A stretch of 64,000 nt of DNA from the NCBI RefSeq assembly GCF_963921235.1, contig NC_086118.1, positions 4,836,001-4,900,000 of the forward strand, in the 5' to 3' direction. Positions 1 through 10,900 of the stretch are shown piece by piece. This DNA comes from Mobula hypostoma. Taxonomy: Eukaryota. The notes under the pieces are model-generated. The model did not search any database and was not told where the DNA came from. It was given only the letters and a program-made list of their open reading frames with translations. The position numbers and the translations under genes were made by a program. Within the stretch, counting starts at the first letter, position 1. Each line of letters opens with the position of its first letter.

Positions 1-215
1 GTCCACATCCTTTATTGTTTTTAAATTTTACATTGATCCTATTTGATCACTGCATTTGACTTCTGAGCTCTATGGAAACAATTCTTTTATTAGTTCTTAG
101 TGACTTACAGATATTTGCTTGAAACTAAAGTAATCTTAACACATTTTTGAATCTACAGTAGTGCTTTCACTACTATTGGCTCATACCCTAAAGAGTCAGT
201 CGATTAAATGCAATA

Positions 216-1725
216 CAGGTGTCCCCCGTTTTTCGAACGTTCGCTTTACAAAACCTTACTGTTAGGAAAAAAGGCAGCGCGCGAAAAAAAATCGGTGCGC
301 GATAAAACCAGCAGCACGCACCCCGAGCAGCCGCTCCTCCCCCGGATTTGGAACTGCATTCTCGCCGGCATTGCTTAAACACGTGCCTGTGAGCAGCCGT
401 TTGCAAGGTGAGTTCTAAGGTATTGGAAAAGCCTGAAAGAGTTCGTAAGGGTGTTACATTTAGCGTAAAACTAGACATAATTAAGCGTTTCGATGGTGGT
501 GAACGAAGCAAGGACAAAGTGAGTTTGGTTTGTGGAAGTTGACGAAAATGTTGAAGAGGTTTGGCATCTCATGACCAAGAACTGATAGACGAAGAGCTGA
601 TGCAATTGGAAGAGGAAAGGAAAACAATCAAAACCGAATGCAGTAGCAAACGGACCGAAAGTGAAGTCGTCCAGGAACTGAACGTGAAGAAACTGCGTGA
701 GATTTTCGCTGCAATGATAAAGTACGACTTTAATTTTGAAAGGGTACGTTGGTTTAGGGCATATTTGCAGGATGGTTTGAGTGCTTACAAAGAACTGTAT
801 GATCTAAAAATGCGCAAGGCTAAGCAGTCAAGCAAGCCTTCCACATGAGCCACAGCAGACGACGAACCTCGACCTTCGACATCGAGGCAGGCAGACATAG
901 AAGAAGATGACCTGCCTGCCCTGATGGAAACAGACAACACCTCAGTGTCCCACCGCCCCAACCCCCTGGCTGCAAACAGATACCGATCTGTGAAGAATGC
1001 AGCAGTAGCCGGGACGCACCCAGCACATCTTTAAGAAAAAAAGCCGAAATAAACAAGCTAATTAATTAGGTGCTGCCTGGCACGTAAATGTCGGCCCATA
1101 TCAGAGACGATTGCTTGTTTGTTTCGGCTTTTTTCTTAAAGATGTGCTGGGTGCGTCCCGGCTACCGCTGGACCAGTGCATGCTTCGCGGATTGGTATCG
1201 GTTTGCTGCCAGGAGGGTGGGGACCACTGCACCACCCCAACCTCCAACGACTCAGCGTAGCACAGCATCATCGGTGTGCTCGATGTCTTCCCGATTCCGC
1301 TAAGTGATACTACACTGTACATACATTATTTCTACTTTATATAGGCTGTGTATTTTTACGTGTAATTTGGTATGATTCAGCAGCTTCATAGTTTAAAGGT
1401 TACTGGAGAGCGCTTGCGCCGTGTTTCTGCCGAGAGCGCTTGCGTGAGATCTTCGCTGCGGAGAACAGTGCAGCAATGATTGTGGAAAAGTATTTCTACT
1501 TTATAAAGGATGTGTATTCATATCGTTCCTGCTTTTACTATATGCTACTGTTATTTTAGGTTTTATGTGTTATTTGGCATGATTTGGTAGGTTATTTTTG
1601 GGTCTGTGAACGCTCACAAAATTTTCCCATATAAATTAATGGTAATTGCTTCTTCACTTTATGACATTCCGGCTTACGAACCGTTTCATAGGAGTGCTTT
1701 ACCTTCAGATGGCGGGGGAAACCTG
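216..1725 (+). mobile_element. Internally deleted Tigger/pogo (TcMar) DNA transposon
   Basis: TA|caggtgtcccccg ... cgggggaaacctg|TA imperfect TIRs with TA TSD. N-terminal HTH remnant (RKGVTFSVKLDIIKRFDGGERSKD, ~445-520) is joined directly to the acidic C-terminus (ORF 561..848); no DDE core. Confidence 0.85.
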
Positions 1726-1820
1726 TAGTTATGCTGTATTATTCATTCTGATTGTTAAAAAAAGTCAGTGTGCCCTTTCCTGATGTGCTTTCCATGATGA
1801 TTGTTTTACAATTTTTACAG

Positions 1821-1903
1821 GCATATACTGCTTATCTTAAGGGAATGCTGAATTTCGAGCTGCAGGAATGGAAGGGTGCTATGGAGGCTTTGCACAAGTG
1901 CAA
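1821..1903 (+). CDS. SRP68: SRP68 exon A (83 nt): [28 protein letters not shown]
   Basis: ttttacag|gca ... caa|gtaagt; phase 0 to 2. Confidence 0.95.
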
Positions 1904-4900
1904 GTAAGTGATGTGTATCCTTACTTGTGTGTGTCTTTAAATTCTCTCTGCTAGTACTTATCAAGTGTACTATGTGTTTTGTTATCCATCAGTTCTGCCC
2001 ACATCCATGCAGCAGTTCTTTTTAAAAACTCCCTATTGTCCATAAATACGAGGTGATCAGTAATATCGGATGTGGTGGAGCTCCCACAAGTGGTTAAGCA
2101 GAGACTTACATCATCTGTCCCAGCACCTATGGAGTTATGAGCATCAATTTCCAAGTCAATTATTTGGCAGATCTGGTTTCCCACTGCTTTGTGTCCTCTG
2201 CTGTACAATTTGCAAAGTAAGGACACACTACCTTAATAAATTTGGTGAGCTTTTGCAATCCGTCCACAATCATACTGTAGAAGCACATTCTCAGAGTTGA
2301 TAAAGATCCATTCTACATAATCTCAGAGCCTACAATAAAAGTCTAAGCATTATATTCATCCAGTCCAACTGGTACAAAACATGTAGCACACATTGACGTG
2401 AATTGACGCTACTCATTTTGGATATTTATATAAAAAGGATATGACAGACTAATTTCTAAATGGTGCAAAGCTTGAAGCAGTGATAATTAGGAGATCATCA
2501 TAATCTTGTGGACAGATGCAGAAAGTTACTGAAAAGACAACTGAAATACAGTAGTGCCTGGGAGTTCCGCTCCAACTGTGACCTGACCTTTAGATCCCAA
2601 TCTACACCTTAAAGATATATAGCTGAATTTACCACAACTCTTGAGTTAAGTTCCTGGGGAGATTACAGAAACCATGGTTACTGAATTCCTGGAATTTAAA
2701 AACTCAGTGGCGATTTTGATTGATCGTTTCAAGATATTTTGGGTGAATTAATTTTTCTTTATACATACTATTATGGCTGGTTGTGCAGTCTTAAGTTGGA
2801 GGGGGCACACATACACATACACACACACACATGCACACAACAAAAACAGCCATGAATGAAAAACATATTTACACAGAATGGGGATGATTGACCATGTTTC
2901 TGCTTAGCCTATAAAAGTGGGTGGAATTGATTCAATTGGTGCAGTCTTGGCCAATGTACTTGAAAGTTTTTTTGTCAGCTTGAAACTTGAAATTCATGCA
3001 GAAACAGCAACTGATCAATTGTTGATTTCAAATTGCGATCAATACATTTCTGTTAGGTAAGGTTTATTAAAGGAGACGGTTAAGGATGAGGTACTTGAGT
3101 GAAGTCACATTTAGACCATAAAGCATAGGAGCAGAATTAGGTTTTTGGCCAATCAAGTCTGCGCCACCATTCAATTATGGCTGATCCTTTTTTTTTTAAT
3201 CCCCTCCCCCTTGACCTTCTCCCTGTAAACTTTGGTGCCGTGGTCAATCAAGAACCTATCAATCTCTGCCTTAAATTCACAGATTTGCCATCCACTGGCT
3301 AAAGAAATTTCTCCACATCTCTGTTTTAAATGGACACCCCTCTATCCTGAGGCTGTGCCCTCTTGTCCTAGACTCCCCCATCATGGGAAACATCCTTTCC
3401 ACATCTACTCTGTCTAGGTCATTCAGCATTCAAAAGGTTTCAGTGAGATCCCCACACATCCTTCTGAATTCCAGCCAGTACAAACTCAGAGCTATCAAAC
3501 GTTCCTCATGTGATAACCCTTTCATTCCGGGAATCATCCTTGCGAACCTCCTCTGAACCCTCTCCAATGCCAGCACATCTTGTCTAAGTTGAGGGGCCCA
3601 AAACTATTCACAATACTCAGGGTGAGGCTTCACCAGTGCCTTATAAAGCCTCAGCATCACATCCCTGCTCTTGTATTCTAGACCTCTTGAAATGATTGCT
3701 AACATTGCATTTGCCTTCCTCACCACTGACTCAATCTGCAAGTTAACCTTTAGGGTGTTCTGCTCGAGGACTCCCAGGTCCCTTTGCATCTCAGATCTTT
3801 GGATTTTCTCCCCGTTTAGAAAATCGTCTGCACATTTATTTCTTCTACCAAATTGTATTCATTCATTTGGCACTTTCTTGCCCATTCTCCTAATCTGTCT
3901 AAGTCTTTCTGCATCCTACCTGTTTCCTCAACACCACCTGCCCCTCCACCAATCTTTGTATCATCTGCAAACTTGGCAACAAAGCCATCTATTTCATCAT
4001 CTAAACCATTGTTATACTGCATATACTCCCAACAGTAACCCTTGCAGAACAACACAAGTCATTGGCAGCCAACCAGAAAAGGATCCTTTTATTCCCACCT
4101 GCTGCCTCCTACCAATTATTCAATGCTTTAACCATGCTAGTAACTTTCCTGTAATACCATGGGCTCTTAACATGGAGTCAGAGGACGTGGTTAATGAATA
4201 CTTTGCTTCAGTATTTGCCGGGCAAAAAGACCTTGGCAATTGTGGAGATGGCTTACAATGGACTGAAACGCTTGAGCATATAGACATTTAGAAAGAGGAT
4301 GTGCTGGAGCTTTTGAAAAGCATTAGTTACAAATGTAGATAAGTCACCGGGAGCGGATGAGATACATCCTAGGCTATTGTGAGGTGAGGGAAGAGATTGC
4401 TGAGCCTCTTGCGATGATCTTTGTGTCATCAATAGGGACGGAAGAAGTACCGGAGGATTGGAGGGTTGCAGATATTGTTCCATTGTTCAAGAAAGTGAGT
4501 AGAGATAACTCAGGATATTATAGATGAGTGAGTCTGACTTCAGTGGTGAGCAAGTTGCTGGAGAAGATCCTGAAAATCAGGATTTATAAGTGTTTGGAGA
4601 GACATAATCTGATTAGGGATAGTCAATGTGGCTTTGTCAAGGGCAGGTCATGCCTTACGAGCCTGATTGAATTCTTTGAGGATGTAACAAAATACATTGA
4701 TGAAGGTAGAGCAGTGGATGTAGTGTATATGGATTTCAGTAAGGCATTTGATAGGATTCCCCATTCAAGGTTCCTTCAGGAGGTATGGGATCCAAGGGTA
4801 CCTTGCTTTGTGGATCCAGAGTTGGCTTGCCCACAGAAGGCAAAGGATGGTTGTAGATGGTTCCTACTCTGCATGGAGGTCGGTGACCAGTGGTGTTGCA

Positions 4901-7900
4901 CAGGGATCTGTTCTGGGACCCCTACTCTTTGTGATTTTTAAAAAATAAATGACCTGGATGAAGAAGTAGAAGAGTGGGTTAGAAGTTTGCTGATGACACA
5001 AAGGTTGGGGGTTGTTGTGGATAATCTGGAGGGTTGTCAGAGGTTACAGCAGGACAGGGCCGAGAAGTGGCAGATGGACTTCAACCCAAGTAAGTGTGAA
5101 GAGGTTCATTTTGGTAGGTCCAATTTGAAACTAGAATATGATATAAATGGTAAGGCTCTTGGCAGTGTGGAGGATCTGAGAGATCTTAGGGTCCATGGCG
5201 ATAGGACACTCAAAGCTGCTGTGCAATGTTGTTAAGAAGGTGTATGGTGTGTTGGCATTCATCAGCCATGGTATTGAGTTCAAGAGCCATGAGATAATGT
5301 TACAGCTACAGCTATACTGTATAAAAGCTTGGTCAGACCCCACTTGGAGCACTGTGTTCAGTTCTAGTCACCTCACTACAGGAAGGATGTGGATACTATA
5401 GAGGGAGTGCGGAGGAGATTTACAAGGATGTTGCCTGGATTGGAGGGCGTACCTTATGAAAATAGGTTGAGTGTACTTGGCCTTTTCTCCTTGGATCGAC
5501 GGAGAATGAGGGGTGACCTGATAGAGGTGTATAAGATGATGAGGGGCATTGATTGTGTGGATAGCCAGAGGCTTTTTCCCAGGGCTGAAAAGGCTAACAT
5601 GAAGGGGCTTGAAATAGGTACCAAGGGGATGTCAGGGGTAAGTTTTTCCATACAGAGTAGTGAGTGCATGGAATGCACTGCCGGCGGTGGCGGTGGAAGC
5701 AGATATGGTAGGGTCTTTTAAGAGCCTCTTAGGTACATAGAGCTTAGAAAAATAGAGGGCTACGCACAAGGGACTTTCTAGGCAGTCTCTAGACTAGGTT
5801 ATGTGGTCAGCACAACATTGTGGGCCAAAGGACCTGTAATGTGTAGTAAATTTCTATGTTCTGTGTTAACTTGGTAAGCAACCTCATGTGTGGCCACCTT
5901 ATCATTGGCCTTCTCAAAATCCAAATATACAACATCCACTGCATCCCCTTTATCTATCCTATTTGTAATCTCAAAGAATTCTAACAGGTTCATCAGGCAA
6001 GATTTTCCCTCAAGGAAACTATGCTGACTTTGTCCTATCTTGTGCTGTGTCACCAAGTACTCCATAACCTCATCTTTAATAATTGAATCCAACATTTTCC
6101 CAACCACTGAGGTCAGGAGAACTGGTCTATAATTGCCTTTCTGCTGCTTCCCTCCTTTCTGAAAGAGTGGAGTGACATTTACAATTTTTCAGTCCTCCGG
6201 AACCAGTAATGATTCTTAAAAGATCATTACTAATGCCTCCACAATCTTTACTGCTACCTCTTTCAGAACCCTAGGGTGCAATTCATCTGGTCCAGGTGAT
6301 TTATGCACTCTTAGGTCTTTCAGCTTTTTGAACTGCTTCTCCTTTGTAACGGTAACTGCACTCACTTCTCTTCCCTCACACCCTTCAACACCTGGCACAC
6401 TGCTAGTGTCTTCCACAGTGAAAACTAATCCAAAATACTCATTTAGTTCATCAGCCATCTCCTTGTCCCTGTTATTTCTTTGGCCTCATTTTGTAGCGGT
6501 CCTATATCCACACTCGTTTCTCTTTAATTTTTTACATACAGGATGCTATCTAAGTTGCATGCCATCTTGGACAAATGTCTCCCATCCACTACATAATGTA
6601 CTGGTTGGGCACAGGAGTATATTCAGCCAGAGACTCATTCCACCGAGATGCAACACAGAGCGTCATAGGAAGTCTTTCCTACCTGTGACCAACAAACTTT
6701 ACAACTCCTCCCTTGGGGGGTCAGACACCCTGAGCCAATAGGCTGGTCCTGGACTTATTTCCTGGCATAATTTACATATTACTATTTAACTATTTATGGT
6801 TTTATTACTATTTAATTATTTATGGTGCAACTGTAACGAAAACCAATTTCCCCCTGGATCAATAAAGTATGACTGTGACTATACTTGAAAAACCTTTTCT
6901 ATCCATCCTGATATTGTTTGCTAGCTCGCTTCCATATTTCATCTTTTCCCTTCTAATGATTATTTTAGTTGGGTTTTTACAAGCTTCTAAATTCTCGAAC
7001 TTCCCGCTAATTTTTGCTTTGCTGTATGCCCCCCTTTTGCTTTTATATTAGCTTTGACTTTCCTTGTCAGCCGCCGTTGTACTATTTTGCCATTTGAGTA
7101 TTTTTTTGTTTTTGGAATAGATGGAACGTAGAAATTTGCTGCACATTACAGGCCCTTCGGCCCACAATGTTGTGCTGATTATGTAACTTACTCTAGAAAC
7201 TGCCTAGAATTTCCCTAGCGCATTTATTCTTTATTTTGCTAAACTCCATGTACCTATCTAAGAGGCTCTTAATAGACCCTATTATACCTGCTTCCTCCAC
7301 TGCCGCCGGCGGCAGTGCAGTCCAGTTTATGCACCCACCACTCTGAGTGAAAAATTTCCCCTGATATCCCCTTGGTACATATTTTGAAGCATCTTAAAAC
7401 TGTGCTTCTCATGTTAGCCATTTCAGCCCTGGGAAAAAGCCTCTGGCTTGCCACATGATCAATGCCCCTCATCATCTTATACACCTCTATCAGGTCACCT
7501 CTCATCCTCTGTTGATCCAAGAAGAAAAGACCAAGTGCACTCAATCTATTCTCATAAGGTACACCCTCCAATCAAAGCAACATCCTTGTAAATCTCCTCT
7601 GTATTCTCTCTATGGCATCCACATCTTTCCTGTAGTGAGGTGACCAGAACTGAAATCTATCTTGCACCTTCTTCATTTTTTCCAGAAACTCAGCCATTGC
7701 TGCTCAGCTGTCATCCCTGCCAACATCTCCTTCCAATTTACTTTGGCCAACTTTTCTCTCATACAACTGCAATTTCCCTTACTCCATTGAAATACTGCTA
7801 TGTCAGACTTTACTTTCTCCCTATCTAATTTCAAGTTGAACGCAATCATACTGTGATCAGTGTCCCCTAAGGGTTCCTTTACCTTAAACTCCCTCATTGC

Positions 7901-10900
7901 TTCCGCTTCATTACATATCACCCAATCCAACATAGTTGATTCCCTCATAGGCTCAACGACAAACTGTTCTAAAAAGCCATCTCAAGGGCATTCAACAAAT
8001 TCACTTTCTTGAATTTCAGTATTACATTGAAAAATAGAACATGCTGAAAGGGTTAAAAGCCTTGCTAGTTCCTTCTTCCTTTGTCAAGCCCTTTTCTGAA
8101 TTTCTATCTTGCTGCAGTCCAGAGTATGAGGGAGTTTGGGAATTGTGCTGAAATTAAATCCTCAGGCTTCTGCTAGGTATGTGCATGATGTCAAATGCTC
8201 AGGAGCTACACTGGGGGAAGAGCAGTTATCAGTGCCTCAGTGCATATGGGTATATTATCCCAACGGTATTTCCTGTTGGGGTGTGGGTCTCCACCACCTT
8301 CACCTAGCTATTTGATGTGCCTAAGCCCTGGAATTCCCTTCATAGATCTGTCTGCCTCTCAATTTGTCTACTACTTTGAGCCCTGTAACAACCAACCTTG
8401 ACACTCACTTTAAAGCATGGGCTTGGATTATCCTGAAGTTGTAATTGTTTCTTTGCAGTCATGTATTTGTGCACCTGTGCCAATGTTAATCTAGTTGATA
8501 TTTGTTTATGTGCTGTGTTCCATTGCATTAAAATTGTTGTACAAGTCCAAGTTCTTGTTCTAGCCATAAGGATTATCTGTATTTCCTCAACTGCCATTTA
8601 CAAGGGACAAGTTTAAACACTTGTAAGTTTATCTGTATTTCTGGTTGTTGGAACGTGCCTATAAGAGTAGATTTGGATACTAATTTTCATTTCATTTCAA
8701 CAGGACAATCTATGAGAAGCTAGCTAGTGCATTCACAGATGAGCAGGCGGTGCTATACCGTCAACGGGTGGAGGAGATTTCACCCAATATCCGTTACTGT
8801 GATTATAATATAGGTAAGATCATAAGTGCTTTCAAATGTCTTTCAAAGCCAGCGCCGTTCGAGGTGTTCAGCCAGATACATAAGTTCCTAAAAATCTTTA
8901 AATGCTTTTGAAGAGAAACCACTGGTAATGATTGGTACTAGTGCTTAGATATATATCAGTGGATCTACAGAGCAGCTCTCTTTTACCTCGCCTAAGTGGA
9001 AAGTTCAAAGTACATTTATTATCAAACTATGTACGGTCGGCCCTCCATATCCGCGGGGGTTTGGTTCTGGGACCTCCCGTGGGTGCTCAAGTCCCNNNNN
9101 NNNNNNNNNNNNNNNNNNNNNNNNNNNNNNNNNNNNNNNNNNNNNNNNNNNNNNNNNNNNNNNNNNNNNNNNNNNNNNNNNNNNNNNNNNNNNNNNNNNN
9201 NNNNNNNNNNNNNNNNNNNNNNNNNNNNNNNNNNNNNNNNNNNNNNNNNNNNNNNNNNNNNNNNNNNNNNNNNNNNNNNNNNNNNNNNNNNNNNNNGGGA
9301 ACGCTGATGCTGATTCTCCAGTGATCTTGAGGCTGTAGTGCTTTACATCGCTAGCCAGCCCCAGCCATCCCTTACTAGCCTTAAACTCCTTCCTCTCGCT
9401 CACAACACAAGTAGCGAACGAGCGAGACGTGAGGTGAACAATGCACAAACGACGAGTGCTGGAGAGAGAACTTCCGGGGTTTTTTTCGATCCCAATCCGT
9501 GGATGTGGAACCCGCGGATACAGAGAGCCGACCGTATACACTATACAACATTGAGATTCGTTTTCTTGCAGACAGCCACAAAACAAAGAAACACACCCAG
9601 AACCCGTTCAAAGAAAAACCCCACACAACAAACCAATCAAATACCCAATGTGTAAAAAGACCAAATCATGCAAACAATAAAAAAAGTAAACAAATAACAT
9701 TAACTGCAGTGTTCCCAGAAGTGGATCCTCAGCACTGTGCCAATGGTCAGAGTCAAACTCAGTGCTGAAAAGCCCCAATCAAACTGCGCAAACAGTTCCA
9801 AAAAGTTGACCAGAAGCACACAGAACATGAACTGCAGAGTGCTTGAGGTGAGTCCACAAGTATGGAGTGCACCCAGCTCTGAGGTAAGCCCATCCAAAAG
9901 TCCGATGGTTGCTCCCGAGCCTGGTGGCGTGGTACTCAAAAATCTTGTACCTTCCGCCCACCAGTAGCAACGAGAGAGACCGATGAAACACAGGCTGAGC
10001 ATGCACTTGTTTCCTTCTCGCGTGCTTGACACTTCAATAGGCATGGAGCAATGGAGATGGCTACGGGCTCACGTGCCACCATCAGGAATTGACACAGAAT
10101 CTCATTCACGCTGGATCCCCCAGAGATCGAAGAAACGCCAGGTAGTTTATCGGCTCAAAAATACATTGTGTGAAGGGAAATCACAGGCTGAAATCAGTCG
10201 CAGTTCAGATGAAGAAGAGCATCCAGCAGGCTTGTAAGCTGTCTGCAAGATGTTATCGTTGGTCACCGGTGCCATCTTGGAGAATTTTCAAAGTTGTCAC
10301 TGCCAACTGATGTTCTTTGTCGTAGAAATTTAAGAATCTTTGGTAGCATACCAAATCTCCTCTTTCAAAGAAACAGTACGTTCCTGAAGGATAGATGATC
10401 TGTGGCAATGACATTGTAAAGATGAGCTCTCATCAAACATGAATCAGATATTGAAAATTCACGTGTGTGTATGAATCATTGCTAAGGGGAGGGGAACGTC
10501 AACTCAGACCATGAGAGGCCTGTGTCGGGCATTTTCATGCCTTACAGGTGCAGATTTCAGTTATATTGGCTCGTATATGTCTAGGGGAAATCCCACACAG
10601 CACCTGCCACAACGTTTCCCACAGAGTCGGTCGCCGCCCGAATCAATACCAAACATCAATCATCAGCCAGCACACCCAGTACGTTTTACCAAGTACACTT
10701 TATAGATATTACTAATTCTATGACATTAATATAAATTTGATACAGGGAGGAAAGTAATGAAAAAAAAAGGCGCCAAGACTTATCAAAGTCCAAGTTCTTC
10801 GCACGCAACCGTTGGAGCTCAATCGATTCCTGACGACCACCCGGATCCTGTCGACTCACGGCTCGGGTCCACCCGGAGTGATCGACTGGAGCCTCTCCGC

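Larger units (their letters stand above)
3115..8010 (-). mobile_element. 5'-truncated CR1 LINE (EN end, RT, 3' tail) interrupted by three nested insertions
   Basis: Minus ORFs with CR1 motifs: [67 protein letters not shown]. Confidence 0.88.
9000..10280 (-). mobile_element. Non-coding LINE-derived (Rex1-like tail) retroelement
   Basis: Minus strand begins caagatggcacc and ends aataaatgtactttgaactt; no RT motifs. Confidence 0.5.

Noticed and set aside
8932-9586. ORFs spanning the N run
   Set aside because: Artefacts of translating through the assembly gap.
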